Positions 48,429 to 58,799 of a stretch of 64,000 bases of DNA are shown here, piece after piece. The translations under genes were made by a program, and so were the position numbers. The stretch comes from an uncultured Acidimicrobiia bacterium (GTDB taxonomy: Bacteria; Actinomycetota; Acidimicrobiia; Acidimicrobiales; JACDCH01), in NCBI GenBank assembly GCA_963721305.1, contig CAVRIR010000005.1:25460-89459 (forward strand), written 5' to 3'. Position 1 is the stretch's first letter. Each line of letters starts with the position of its first letter. The notes beneath the pieces were generated by a model that ran no database searches, was not told the origin of the DNA, and was given only the letters and a program-made list of their open reading frames with translations.

Positions 48429-48605
48429 ATGATCGGCATGACGGACACCACCCATACGGCGCACGGCACCGGGCTCGACAGCCGGGCCGAAGCGCTCCAC
48501 TGGTTGGCCGCCCGGGTGCGTTGGGAGCGGCTCCTCGACGAGCTTCGCGACGAACCCGCAGATGCTGCCGACACCTCCATCGAGCTCGACGAGCGCGCCG
48601 CTTAG
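48429..48605 (+). CDS. hypothetical small protein
   Basis: ORF 48387..48605. The first 14 codons are AT-rich, so I prefer ATG 48429 or 48438 (MTDTTHTAHGTGLDSRAEALHWLAARVRWERLLDELRDEP...). GC-rich third positions. Followed by a strong hairpin. No family recognised. Confidence 0.4.
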   Translation: MIGMTDTTHTAHGTGLDSRAEALHWLAARVRWERLLDELRDEPADAADTSIELDERAA

Positions 48606-48639
48606 GCGTACGCGTTTTCCCCCGGAGCTCCCACCGGAT

Positions 48640-48671
48640 GTGTGAGCCACTGTCCGCCCGGTGGCTCACAC
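48640..48671. terminator. perfect 11-bp hairpin between convergent genes (member of the TGAGCCAC/GTGGCTCA repeat family)
   Basis: GTGTGAGCCAC-tgtccgcccg-GTGGCTCACAC followed by ATCACGGATCC. It abuts the thpR stop (48673). Confidence 0.6.
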
Positions 48672-48672
48672 A

Positions 48673-49186
48673 TCACGGATCCGTCAGCGCCACCCGCGCA
48701 ACCGTCTCGTACTGCGAGCCTCCCGGTCCCAGGTTGCTGCGCACGAGATCGATCGAATCCACGGGCCAAGACCCGGCCAACGGCTGACCCGAGGCCGCAC
48801 GAAGCGCTGTCCCTCTCCTCCGCCGCTGCCGTGCGAGCGTGATGTGTCCGCGGAACGCCCGTTCCTCCAGTGGGTCCCCCACCGCCGAAGTGGCGTCGAC
48901 GACCGCTGCCGCGATCTCATCGAGCCCTGTGACCGGCATCCACAACATCGAGCCCACACGCCGCACCGACGGTCCGATCGATGCGGTCGTCGACGACGCG
49001 CGTGGCACGCCTTGCCGCAGCGCCCGCTCGACGACCACGACGTCGTCCACCTCACCGAAGAACCGCAAGGTCACGTGCCATTGATCGCGCGTCGTCCAGC
49101 GGACACCCTCGAGTGCGGGACGCTCGAGCGACAGCGAGCTGATCGAGCGCGGCGTCGTCCGGCCACACCGCGACGAACAACCGCAC
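48673..49186 (-). pseudogene. thpR: RNA 2',3'-cyclic phosphodiesterase / 2'-5' RNA ligase (ThpR/LigT), one apparent +1 frameshift near 49125
   Basis: From GTG 49186, MRLFVAVWPDDAALDQL is in one frame. LEGVRWTTRDQWHVTLRFFGE...FRGHITLAR (both HxT motifs) is in the frame of ORF 48673..49074. Length 514 nt, which is 3n+1. Confidence 0.7.
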
Positions 49187-49195
49187 GCGGCTACC

Positions 49196-50444
49196 TCAGC
49201 TACCGCGTGCCAGCAACCGCCGCCGTAGCAGGTCGAGGGCCGAGATCACGGTGAACTCGCGGATCCGACGGCGATCGCCGGGCAGCCGCAGCTGCAGCGA
49301 TTCCACGTCGTCGTCGAGCGCCAAACCGACGAAGACCGTGCCCACCGGCTGCCCGTCCTGCTCGGCCGGTCCCGCCACGCCCGTCACCGCGAGCCCGACG
49401 TCCGCGTCGAGCGTGCGACGCGCGCCCGTCGCCATCGCCTCCGCCGCCGTCGCGGACACGACCGGTCCGTCGGGCACGTCGAGCAACGCGAACTTCACCT
49501 CGGACGCGTAGCTCACGATCGAGCCTTTGAAGAACCCACTGGCGCCCTCGACCTCGGTCATGCGCGCCCCCATGAGCCCGCCGGTGACCGACTCGGCGAA
49601 GCCCAACGTCAGACCATGTGCCTGAACCAACAACGCGACCGCGTTCTCCATGTTCTCGTCGTCGACCCCGAACACGAGCTGTCCGAGCAGAGCGCGCAAC
49701 TCAGCCTCTTCGGCAGCAAGGAGCTCGAGCGCATCCGCTTCGGCCGGCGCCTTCGCCGTGACGCGAACCTTCAAACCTTCGATGCCACTGGCAAGGAACG
49801 CGAGCGTGGGGTTGCCGGTGGCGTCGAGCGCCGTGATGCGATCGGCGAGGATCTCCGCGAGACGCGACTCGCTCTCACCCCACGTTCGCAGCACGCGGCT
49901 GAGGATCACCGCTGTGTCACCGGTTCGGCGGCGCACATCCGGGATGATCGCCTCGGACACGATCGTGCGCATCTCGTGCGGGAACGCCCGGCACCGCGTA
50001 GATGACCTTGTCGCCGATCGGGCAGATCGAGCCCGGGTGCCGTACCCGGTTGCGGATCGGCGATGGCGACACCGCCCTGCGGCACCTCGGCCTGGCGCAT
50101 GTTGTTCGCCGCCATCACCCGTCCACGCGCCGCGAACATCGCCTCGATGCGTGCCGCCACCGCCTCGTCCAGCTCGAGCGGCACGCCCATGACCTCCGCG
50201 ATCGCGTCCCGCGTGATGTCGTCCTGCGTGGGACCGAGTCCACCACACACGAGCACCGCGTCGTTGCGATCGAGCGCGAGACGCAGGACGCTCGACGATG
50301 CGTCCGAGGTTGTCGCCGACGGTGCTGCCGTAGTTCACGTCGATGCCGGCGAGCGCCAGCTGCTTGGCCGAGCCACGCCGAGTTCGTGTCGACGATCTGA
50401 CCGAGCAGCAGCTCGGTGCCGACGGCGACGATCTCGCAGCGCAC
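49196..50444 (-). pseudogene. cinA: CinA (competence/damage-inducible protein, NMN amidohydrolase PncC domain), four apparent +1 frameshifts
   Basis: Pieces in order: (M)RCEIVAVGTELLLGQIVDTNSAWLGQ (50115..50444); LALAGIDVNYGSTVGDNLGRIVE; LRLALDRNDAVLVCGGLGPTQDDITRDAIAEV (49906..50256); ICPIGDKVIYAVPGV; PHEMRTIVSE...AESVTGGL... to the stop (49196..50338). Junctions near 50363, 50287, 50030 and 49981 (ggg run). Length 1249 nt, which is 3n+4. Confidence 0.75.
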
Positions 50445-50447
50445 GGG

Positions 50448-51020
50448 CTATTCGTACGTGCCGGTGCTGCGTGTCGCGCGGCTGCCGGCGTGGACGTACT
50501 GGATGCCCGTCAACACGGTCAGCACCACAGCACCCCAGAGGACTGTCGTCGCGACCCAGTGGTGGTCAGCAGTCAGCGGTAACAGTGCGAACCCGACGGC
50601 GACTTCCTGCACGACCGTCTTCACCTTCGCCGATTGCCTCGCGGGAACGGCGAGACCACGGCGTCCCCAGTAGCTGCGGAACAAGCTGATCGACACCTCG
50701 CGCACGGCGATGATCGCGACGGGCAGCCACCAGAAGACACCGGCGGCGACCAAGGCGACCATCGCTCCGAGGACGAGGACCTTGTCGGCGAGCGGATCGA
50801 GGAACGCACCCGACCTCGTCGCGCCTTGGCGCCGGGCGAGGTAGCCGTCGATGCCGTCGGTGATGCAGAGGATGATCCACAGCGCGACCGCCGGCCAGGA
50901 CGACGGGTGGTCGATGATGAGCATCAGCAACGGGATGGCGAGCAACAGGCGAGTGATCGTCACGGCGTTCGCCGGGGTGGCGAGTGCCGACGGGCCGAAG
51001 GACTGCTCGGAGATGGCCAT
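50448..51020 (-). CDS. pgsA: CDP-diacylglycerol--glycerol-3-phosphate 3-phosphatidyltransferase
   Basis: ORF 50448..51743 from ATG 51020: [15 protein letters not shown]...[27 protein letters not shown] (CDP-alcohol phosphatidyltransferase motif). Confidence 0.9.
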   Translation of the reverse strand: MAISEQSFGPSALATPANAVTITRLLLAIPLLMLIIDHPSSWPAVALWIILCITDGIDGYLARRQGATRSGAFLDPLADKVLVLGAMVALVAAGVFWWLPVAIIAVREVSISLFRSYWGRRGLAVPARQSAKVKTVVQEVAVGFALLPLTADHHWVATTVLWGAVVLTVLTGIQYVHAGSRATRSTGTYE

Positions 51021-52263
51021 CACGCAGCCACCAGGTCGGGACCCAGGGCGGCAGTCACCGTGAGCGAGGCGAAGCTGCCGGGCGCCGAGCGTCTTCGGCA
51101 CGGCGATGACGCCGTCGATCTCGGGCGCCTCGCGATGACTCCGTCCCACCCCCGGCTCGTCCACGAGCACTTCGACTCGCGAACCCACGAGTTCGTCACG
51201 TCGCGCCCACGTGATCGCCTCCTGACGGTCTCGGAGCTCGGCCAGGCGCTCGTCGATCAACGCCTCGGTCGAGCTTTGCCGTCGAGGCCGGCCGCGTGGG
51301 TACCTTCCTCTTCGGAGAACGCGAAGAACCCGCACCAGTCGAGCTGCGCCTCGTCGACGAAGGCGAGCAGGGCGTCGTGGTCGTCCTCGGTCTCGCCGGG
51401 ATAGCCGACGATGAAGTTCGATCGGAACGCGGCGTACGGGCTCGTGGTGACGGATGCGCTCGATGCGGCGCAGGAACCGGTCGCCGTCACCCCAACGGCG
51501 CATCCGCCGCAACAGCGGTGGCGACACGTGCTGCAGCGACAGGTCGAAGTACGGGCACACCGGTCGCGCAGATCGCGTCCTCGAGCCGGTCGGTGAGATC
51601 GGACGGGTACAGGTACAGCAACCGCACCCGGTCGACTCGAGCAGCGACGGCTTCGATGAGAGGGACGATCGCCCGCTCGCCATGCCCCTGGTCACGGCCG
51701 TAGCTCGCGAGGTCCTGTGCGACGAGCACGATCTCACGGACATCGAGCGCGTCGACCTCGGCGAGGATCTCGTCGATCGGGCGCGACCGCTGCTTGCCCC
51801 GGAAGCTCGGGATCGCGCAGAAGCCGCACGCGCGGTCGCAGCCCTCCGCCACCTTCACGTAGGCCCACGGTGCCGCGGCCTTCGGTCGGGCGAGATGAAG
51901 CAGGTCCATCGACGGCGCGGACGGCTTGCGGCCGAGCGTCACCGACACGGCATCGGCGAATCCGGCGACGGCGTCGACCTCGGGCAGCGCCTTCGCCAGC
52001 TCGTCGCCCGAACGCTCGGCCAGGCAGCCCGTGACGACGAGCCGGGAGCCGTCCTTGCGGGTTCCCGCCAGACCGAGGATGGTGTCGACGGACTCCTGGC
52101 GCGCCTCTTCGATGAACGCGCACGTGTTGACGACGACGAGGTCGGCTTCCTCGGGCGCGTCGGCAGGGACCAGACCGTCCGCCACGAGCGTGCCTGTCAG
52201 CTTGTCGGAATCGACCTGGTTCTTGGGACAGCCGAGGGTTTCGACCCAGAACCGGCGGGGCAT
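51020..52263 (-). pseudogene. rimO: ribosomal protein S12 methylthiotransferase RimO, about four frame changes
   Basis: MPRRFWVETLGCPKNQVDSD...[19 protein letters not shown] (radical SAM) is in ORF 51487..52263. [21 protein letters not shown] is in the frame of 50448..51743. [16 protein letters not shown] is in ORF 51257..51490. [12 protein letters not shown]...EIDGVIAVP is again in the 51743 frame. The TRAM end [18 protein letters not shown] stops in a TGATG overlap with pgsA. Junctions near 51554 (ggg run), 51460, 51274 and 51079. Confidence 0.75.
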
Positions 52264-52287
52264 CGAGCTCCCAGGGTACTTGGCCGC

Positions 52288-53439
52288 CTACCTACGCATA
52301 CGACGGTGTCCCGCCGGGATGCCGCCCAGACCGGCGGTCGCGACGGCCACGTCCACCCGGGGCACGGGTTGCGGCTCGCGGCAGTACGCGAACCCGGTCG
52401 CGCACCAGTCGTCGCTGCGCTCGTAGAGGGTGAACGACCCGAACCCGGCCTCCAACCAACCGTCCCCCGCGGTGGCGACGCCGTCGGCAAACTGCGCCTT
52501 GGCCGCGTCTTCGCCGCGCGCGAAGAAGGCGGACCCGATCTGTTGCAGGGTCACCTCGATCGAGTCACGGAACACGACCGGATCGGACAGATGCCACCGG
52601 TAGAAGGACACGAGCGACCAGCCCCCGGATTGGTCCTCGCGGGGACCGGCGACGAGGGGCGCGCCCGACTCCGGGGCGGCGAACTCGCCAAGCCCCCACG
52701 CCGACCCGAGGTAGTCCTCGGTGCCGGTGCCGCAGATGGTGGGTTCCGGCTCGCCGTCGAAGCGCATCTTCACCTCGCCCTCACCCCACCACTTGTCGTC
52801 GAACGGGCGAACGCCACCGGTCATGCCGAGATAGCGGCCCGGACCGCGGAGGCCGCCGAGGAGCACGAGATCCTCGGCCGTCGTCGTCGGGTTCTGCCGG
52901 TTGAACACCACGTGCAACAACCCGACGTCATCCGGCTGCGGACCGAGCAGCAGGTCGGCCTGGTAGTAGAGCAACGCGATCCGATCGGATGCGTTGACGT
53001 ACTCGACACGCACTCGGTCGCGGAACGGCATGGGGATTCGCGACTCCAGTCCCAGCCCGTCGTTGCATGCCGTCAGCGCGGACGCGTACGACGCCGGCAC
53101 GCCGTGCACGACGCCGAAGAAGTCGAGCGCGGGAACGCTGACCGACGGCTCGTCCGAGTCGTCGTAGAACACTTCGAGCAGTTGGGCGCGAAGGAAGTCG
53201 GGCGGGCGTTCGGCCAGCGCCGGCAGCTGCGCGACGGTCATCCAGACGTGGGTGATCCGGCCCGGACCGGTGAGATCCGCGAGCACGACGCGCTCCCCCG
53301 GCATGACCGTCCGGTTGGGCGCGCCCTTGCGCCCGCCCGCGGCGCGGCCGCCCGCGTTCCGCTCGCCGGTCGGGTTCTCGAAGCTGACGGCGCGGCTGTC
53401 GTGCTCCGGCCAGAGGTGCGCCGGGTCGAGATCGCTCAC
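52288..53439 (-). CDS. DUF2961 / glycoside hydrolase family 172-like protein
   Basis: C-terminal 383 aa of ORF 52288..54384, from GTG 53439: SFENPTGERNAGG...PGERVVLADLTGPGRITHVWMTV...GTGTEDYLGSAWG. GTGA overlap with the upstream stop. Confidence 0.8.
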   Translation of the reverse strand: MSDLDPAHLWPEHDSRAVSFENPTGERNAGGRAAGGRKGAPNRTVMPGERVVLADLTGPGRITHVWMTVAQLPALAERPPDFLRAQLLEVFYDDSDEPSVSVPALDFFGVVHGVPASYASALTACNDGLGLESRIPMPFRDRVRVEYVNASDRIALLYYQADLLLGPQPDDVGLLHVVFNRQNPTTTAEDLVLLGGLRGPGRYLGMTGGVRPFDDKWWGEGEVKMRFDGEPEPTICGTGTEDYLGSAWGLGEFAAPESGAPLVAGPREDQSGGWSLVSFYRWHLSDPVVFRDSIEVTLQQIGSAFFARGEDAAKAQFADGVATAGDGWLEAGFGSFTLYERSDDWCATGFAYCREPQPVPRVDVAVATAGLGGIPAGHRRMRR

Positions 53440-54384
53440 ACGTGATAGGCGAGCTGCAGCCCCGGACGCGACCAGTCCGTCGCCAGGAGCCGTCCGGTTC
53501 CCGAGCACGTGATGTACGCGGTGCGCAGGTCGGGTCCGCCGAAGCAGATGTTGGTCGTGATGGGATCGGCCGTAGGCAGGTGCTCGACCTGGCTGCCATC
53601 GGGCGAGACGCACGTGATGCCGCCGTTCACCAGCGTCGCGATGCACACCCAGCCATCGCCGTCGACGCCGAGCGAGTCGAAGAACTGATAGCCGGGGAGG
53701 CCGACGAGCAGTTCGCCGCCGTTCGGGCCCATCGGGTTGGCGCCTTGCACGATGCCCGGTGCGGTGACGTCCCACGCCCACGCTCGTCCCGTGTGGGTCT
53801 CGGCGGCATAGAGACGGTCTCCGGCTGGCGACAGGCCGATGCCGTTCGGCGCGTCCACCGGGAAGATCGCCTCGGTGATCGACGAGCCGTCCGCCTTGGC
53901 GTAGTAGATGCCGGTGCGATCGCTGGTGCGGTCCGCCACGGATCCCGTGATCGGTGAACCACATCCCACCGGCGGTGTCGAACACGATGTCGTTGGGCGC
54001 GCGCAGGGGATGCGTGTTGCCGTTCGCGTCGGTGAACTCCTCGTACAGGGTCTCGACCTTGCCGCTGCCGATGTCGACGCGTTGGATCGATCCGTGTCCG
54101 GGATACGACGACGGCGGTGGCGATCCGGGGAAGAGCATCCCCATCACCTCCTGCCAGTCGAAGCAGCCGCCGTTGTTGCAGACGTACATGGCGCCGTCGG
54201 GACCGACGGCCGCGCCGTTGGGACCGCCGCCAGTTTCTGCGACGACCTCCTTGTCCCCCGTGTCGACGTTCACGCGCGTCAACGTGCCGCGCGCGATCTC
54301 GACGAGGATGACGCTGCCGTCGTCCATGGCAACGGGACCTTCCGGGAACCGCAGCCCGCTGGTGATCTCTCGTAGTTCAGCCAC
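53436..54384 (-). pseudogene. SMP-30/gluconolactonase/LRE-like beta-propeller protein, one apparent +1 frameshift near 53955
   Basis: MAELREITSGLRFPEGPVAMDDGSVILVE...PNDIVFDTAGGMWFTDHG is in the frame of 52288..54384. SVADRTSDRTGIYYAKADGSS...PNGIGLSPAGDRLYAAET...TNICFGGPDLRTAYIT is in ORF 53436..53969. Confidence 0.7.
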
Positions 54385-54408
54385 GGCTGCTTCTTAGCAG
54401 CCGTGACC

Positions 54409-56700
54409 TCAGTCGGCTCGGCTGAGGAGGTCGTCGAGCTCGTCGGGGGTCATGAGGACGTCGCGCGCCTTCGAACCGGTGGACGGGCCGACGACCCCGC
54501 GCTGCTCGAGCAGGTCCATCAGGCGTCCCGCCCGCGCGAACCCGACCCGCAACTTGCGTTGCAGCATCGACGTCGAGCCGAGCTGCGATCGCACCACCAG
54601 CTCCATCGCCTGACGCAGGAGATCTTCGTCGTCACCTTCGCCGGATACGCCGTCGCCGCCGGAGCCGGCTGCCGCACTGTCGTCCGCCCCCTGCACCTGG
54701 GCGTCATACGTGACCTCGGGCGCCTGGCGACGCCACTGCGCGACGACCTTGCGCACCTCTTCCTCACTCACCCACGAGCCCTGGATGCGGTGGGGCGCGC
54801 TCGAAGCCGGGCCGAGCAGGAGCATGTCGCCGGCGCCGATCAGTCGCTCGGCGCCGGCTTGGTCGAGGATCACGCGGCTGTCGGTGACCGACGACACCGC
54901 GAACGCGAGCCGCGCCGGGATGTTCGCCTTGATGACACCGGTGATGACGTTGACCGAGGGCCGCTGCGTTGCGATCACCAGATGGATGCCGACGGCGCGC
55001 GCCATCTGGGCGATGCGACAGATCGAGTCCTCGACGTCGCGGGCGGCGACCATCATCAGGTCGGAGAGCTCGTCGATCACGATGAGGATGAACGGCAAGC
55101 GCGGGTACTCGCGCTCGACCCCGGGCTCGGGGACGAGCTCGCCACGGTCGTACGCCGCGTTGTAGCCGGTGATGTCGCGGAAGCCGACCTGCGCCAGCAG
55201 GTCGTACCGTCGCTCCATCTCGCGCACGGCCCACGACAGCGCGTTGGCCGCCTTCTTCGGATTGGTGACGACTTGCGTGAGCAGGTGCGGCAAGCGGTCG
55301 TACTGGCCCATCTCGACTCGCTTGGGGTCGACGAGGATCATGCGCACCTGATCGGGCGTCGACCGCATCAGGATCGACGTCATGATCGAGTTGAGGCAGC
55401 TCGACTTGCCCGCGCCGGTCGCGCCGGCGATCAACAGGTGCGGCATCGTGGCGAGGTTCATCAACATGGCCTTGCCGTTGATGTCGCGGCCGACGGCGAC
55501 ATCGAGTGGATGCTTGGCCTGGCGCGCCTCGGGTGAGGCAAGGATGTCGCCGAGCGGCACGATCTGACGTTCCGCGTTCGGAACTTCGATGCCGATGGCC
55601 TGCCGTCCGGGGATCGGGGCGAGGATGCGGACGTCGGGCGACGCCAGCGCGTACGCGATGTCCTTGTGCAGGCTCGTGACCTTCGCGACCTTGACGCCGG
55701 GCGCGAGCTCGAGCTCGTAGCGGGTGACGGACGGACCGATCACCATGCCGACGAGCCGCGTCTCGACACCGTGCTGTCGTAGCGCCGCCTCGAGCACGCG
55801 CCCGCGATCTTCCACGGCGGTGACGTCGATGTCGTGCGATCCCGCGCGCTGCAACAGCGATATCGCCGGAAGCTTCCACGGCGACGGCTTCGCGGCGGGA
55901 CCGAGCTCGATGGCGAGTTGCTCGGTGTCGTCGCTCTCGTCGTCCTGAGATGTGGGGACCGAGAGCTTCGACTTGGCTTTCGGTTTGTCGTTGTCGTGCC
56001 GCGACGACGTGGAGCCGTCTCGTAGATCGACGTCGGCGCCCGCGTCCCGATCCTGGTCGTACAGCGTCGTCCTGACACCCGCGTCGCCGTCGGTTTGCGA
56101 CGAGTCGAGCGTGAACAGGCGGTTCGTCAGCCGCCCGAGCGCGCCGGCGCCGGCACCGAGACGCTTCGCGACCACGAGCACCGACATCTGCGTGAGGACG
56201 ATGGCGCCGACCAGGCCGAGCGCGACCAGCAGCGTGCCCGTCGCCCACGAGCCGATGAGATCCCGAAGGGGAACGGCGACGATCCATCCCAGCGCGCCAC
56301 CGCGATCGCCGAGCTCGAGCAGTCCGCACACGCCGACGAGCACCAGCACGGATCCGACCGCGAGTCGAGCGGGTTGGCGCTGAGCCTTGTCGTCGTCGGC
56401 CGTCGACGCGAACAAGGCGACGCCCGCGGCCACGAGCGCGATCGGCACGACGTAACGCACCGCGCCGACGACGGCGTCGACGGCGTCGTCGATGGCGCGT
56501 CCGGCTCGCCCGGCGACGTGGAGCCACGTGGCGAGCGCGAGCACCACACCGATCGCGAGGAGCATGAGCCCGAGCGCGTCGGTGCGATGCCCCTCGAGCG
56601 CCGACGACGCCGAACGGCCGACGGACCGAATCGGTGCCGAACGCTTCGCGGGAGCGCGCTTCATCGAATGGGACGCTCGCTTGGTCGCCACAGTGGCCAC
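54409..56700 (-). CDS. ftsK: DNA translocase FtsK
   Basis: 763-aa ORF: N-terminal TM helices, a linker, the motor domain with PHLLIAGATGAGKSS (Walker A) and LILIVIDELSDLM, and the C-terminal gamma wHTH (LLRQAMELVVRSQLGSTSMLQRKLRVGFARAGRLMDLLE). Confidence 0.95.
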   Translation of the reverse strand: MATVATKRASHSMKRAPAKRSAPIRSVGRSASSALEGHRTDALGLMLLAIGVVLALATWLHVAGRAGRAIDDAVDAVVGAVRYVVPIALVAAGVALFASTADDDKAQRQPARLAVGSVLVLVGVCGLLELGDRGGALGWIVAVPLRDLIGSWATGTLLVALGLVGAIVLTQMSVLVVAKRLGAGAGALGRLTNRLFTLDSSQTDGDAGVRTTLYDQDRDAGADVDLRDGSTSSRHDNDKPKAKSKLSVPTSQDDESDDTEQLAIELGPAAKPSPWKLPAISLLQRAGSHDIDVTAVEDRGRVLEAALRQHGVETRLVGMVIGPSVTRYELELAPGVKVAKVTSLHKDIAYALASPDVRILAPIPGRQAIGIEVPNAERQIVPLGDILASPEARQAKHPLDVAVGRDINGKAMLMNLATMPHLLIAGATGAGKSSCLNSIMTSILMRSTPDQVRMILVDPKRVEMGQYDRLPHLLTQVVTNPKKAANALSWAVREMERRYDLLAQVGFRDITGYNAAYDRGELVPEPGVEREYPRLPFILIVIDELSDLMMVAARDVEDSICRIAQMARAVGIHLVIATQRPSVNVITGVIKANIPARLAFAVSSVTDSRVILDQAGAERLIGAGDMLLLGPASSAPHRIQGSWVSEEEVRKVVAQWRRQAPEVTYDAQVQGADDSAAAGSGGDGVSGEGDDEDLLRQAMELVVRSQLGSTSMLQRKLRVGFARAGRLMDLLEQRGVVGPSTGSKARDVLMTPDELDDLLSRAD

Positions 56701-56760
56701 AACCGTATCAGTAGCCCCATCAGCAACAACGGAACCGCTCGAGGAACGAGGTCCATCCCG

Positions 56761-56810
56761 AACTGCGGGGAGAAACGGGCGCCAAGGCGCCCGTTTCCAC
56801 CCAACATTCG
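56761..56810 (+). repeat. 51-nt palindromic repeat, copy 4
   Basis: AACTGCGGGGAGAAACGGGCGCCAAGGCGCCCGTTTCCACCCAACATTCG. It lies between the ftsK start (56700) and the stop of the small ORF at 56824. Confidence 0.9.
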
Positions 56811-56823
56811 GGACCCGGGTCGG

Positions 56824-57045
56824 TCAGGCGGCGGTGGCGTGGAGCGCGGCGGCCGGGATGACCCGGTAGGTCGGCTCGCTGGCGTGGCGGGCGAGGAAGC
56901 CCTCGGCTGTCGCGGCGTCGTCGAAGGTGACGGCGCTCGACAATTGACCCAGGTCGAGGCCTGGGCTCAGGTAGAGGGAGCTCGGCTCGTGCTGCACGAC
57001 CACGGACGCGTCGCGCGCGCGCGAAGCCGAGCACACATTCGGCAA
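56824..57045 (-). CDS. hypothetical small protein
   Basis: 73-aa ORF (TTG 57045, or GTG 57003 giving 59 aa): VVVQHEPSSLYLSPGLDLGQLSSAVTFDDAATAEGFLARHASEPTYRVIPAAAL. GC-rich third positions. No family recognised. Confidence 0.35.
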   Translation of the reverse strand: MPNVCSASRARDASVVVQHEPSSLYLSPGLDLGQLSSAVTFDDAATAEGFLARHASEPTYRVIPAAALHATAA

Positions 57046-57134
57046 ATTGTCGCAACGAGGTCATGCCTCGAACGTAGCGGTGAATGGTTTCGCGACGGCA
57101 GCGAGTTTGTTGCGGCTCGGCAAACTTCCTGTGA

Positions 57135-58799
57135 TCAGGTCTCCATCACCACGGGCACGATCATCGGGCGGCGGCGCGTGCGGTCCGCGACGAACCGTCC
57201 GGCTGCCTTGCGCACGATCCGCTGCAGCGCCTCGATGTCGACGGGATCGCCGGAGTTGAACGTCTCGCGCACGGCGGCGCGCACCACGTCCGCGCACTCG
57301 TCGAGGAGGTCCTCCGCTTCCGGTGCGTACACCCATCCACGCGTGATCACCTCGGGACCGGTCACGATCGCTCCTGTGTGCGCGTCGACGGTCACGACGA
57401 CGACGACGACACCCTCCTCCGCCAGCACACGGCGATCGCGCAACACACCTTGGCCCACGTCACCGACGATTCCGTCGACGTACAAGTAGCCGGCCGGCAC
57501 CTTCTCACCACGGGTCACACCATGATCCGTCAACAGCAACTGATCACCGTCCTCACACACGAGCACATGCTCGTCGCGCATCCCCATCGTCCGGGCCAGC
57601 CGCGCGTGTGAAGTGAGATGCCGGTACTCACCGTGCACCGGCGTGAAGAAGCTCGGTTGCGCGATCGACAGGAGCGTCTTCAGCTCCTCCTGCTTCGCGT
57701 GGCCGGTCGCGTGGACGTCGTCGATCCCGGAGTGGATCACGTCCGCGCCGAGCCGAGTCATGCCGTCGATGATCTTCGAGACGCTGGCCTCGTTGCCAGG
57801 AATCGGGTGCGAGCTGAGTATCACCGTGTCGTCGGGGCCGACCTTGATCCACCGGTTGTCGCTCGACGCCATCAACGCGAGCGCGGACATCGGTTCGCCC
57901 TGTGAACCGGTCGAGATCACGCACACCTTCGCCGGATCGAGGTCGGCGATGTCTTCGATGTCGACCAACCGGTTGTCGGGGATGCGCAGCAGTCCCATGT
58001 CGCGCGCGAGCCGCACGTTCTTCTTCATGGACATGCCGAGCGTTGCGATCGTGCGGTCGAAGGCCAGCGCCGCATCCGCGATCTGTTGCACGCGATGGAT
58101 GTGACTGGCGAAGCAGGCGATGACGATGCGTCGCCCCTCGTGCGCGTGGAACAGGTCGTAGAGAACCTGTCCGACCGAGCGTTCGCTGCGAGCGTGTCCG
58201 GCCTGGTCCGCGTTCGTGGAATCGGAGAGCAGCAGGCGAATGCCGGGGTCCTTGGCGATGGCGCCGATGCGAGCGAGATCGGTGAGCCTGCCGTCCACCG
58301 GCGTCAGATCGAGTTTGAAGTCACCGGAGTGCAGGATCGTCCCCTGCGGGGTGTGGAACGCAGTCGCGAAGCCGTGCGGAACGGAGTGCGTGACGGGAAT
58401 GAACTCGACGTCGAACGGACCGATGCGGCGGCGCTCGCCGTCGTGCACCGGAATGAGCTCGGTGCGATCGATGAGGCCGGCCTCCTCGATGCGGTGGCGT
58501 GCCAGCCCGAGCGTGAGCTGCGACCCGTATACGGGGAAACTCAGCTCGCGAAGCAGGAACGACAGCCCGCCCACGTGGTCTTCGTGGCCGTGGGTCGCGA
58601 TGCACCCGTCGATGCGCCCGGCATTCTCACGGAGGTAGGTGAAGTCCGGGAGCACGAGGTCGATCCCGAGCATGTCGATGTCGGGAAACATCAGCCCGCA
58701 GTCGAGGAGCATGATGCGGCCGTCGACTTCGATGCACGCGCAGTTCCTTCCGATCTCGCCCAGCCCGCCGAGAAAGGTGACCGAGACCGGAGTCGGCAT
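57135..58799 (-). CDS. rnj: ribonuclease J
   Basis: ORF 57135..58943 from ATG 58799: VSVTFLGGLGEIGRNCACIE...ATHGHEDHVGGL (metallo-beta-lactamase HxHxDH)...beta-CASP...HATGHAKQEEL. TGATG overlap with the dapA stop. Confidence 0.95.
   Translation of the reverse strand: MPTPVSVTFLGGLGEIGRNCACIEVDGRIMLLDCGLMFPDIDMLGIDLVLPDFTYLRENAGRIDGCIATHGHEDHVGGLSFLLRELSFPVYGSQLTLGLARHRIEEAGLIDRTELIPVHDGERRRIGPFDVEFIPVTHSVPHGFATAFHTPQGTILHSGDFKLDLTPVDGRLTDLARIGAIAKDPGIRLLLSDSTNADQAGHARSERSVGQVLYDLFHAHEGRRIVIACFASHIHRVQQIADAALAFDRTIATLGMSMKKNVRLARDMGLLRIPDNRLVDIEDIADLDPAKVCVISTGSQGEPMSALALMASSDNRWIKVGPDDTVILSSHPIPGNEASVSKIIDGMTRLGADVIHSGIDDVHATGHAKQEELKTLLSIAQPSFFTPVHGEYRHLTSHARLARTMGMRDEHVLVCEDGDQLLLTDHGVTRGEKVPAGYLYVDGIVGDVGQGVLRDRRVLAEEGVVVVVVTVDAHTGAIVTGPEVITRGWVYAPEAEDLLDECADVVRAAVRETFNSGDPVDIEALQRIVRKAAGRFVADRTRRRPMIVPVVMET

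Noticed and set aside
52288-54384. Single 698-aa ORF read as a lactonase-GH172 fusion protein
   Set aside because: The middle third is Arg-rich nonsense caused by the lactonase frame change. In the correct frame the lactonase ends at 53436, and a GTG at 53439 starts the DUF2961 protein.
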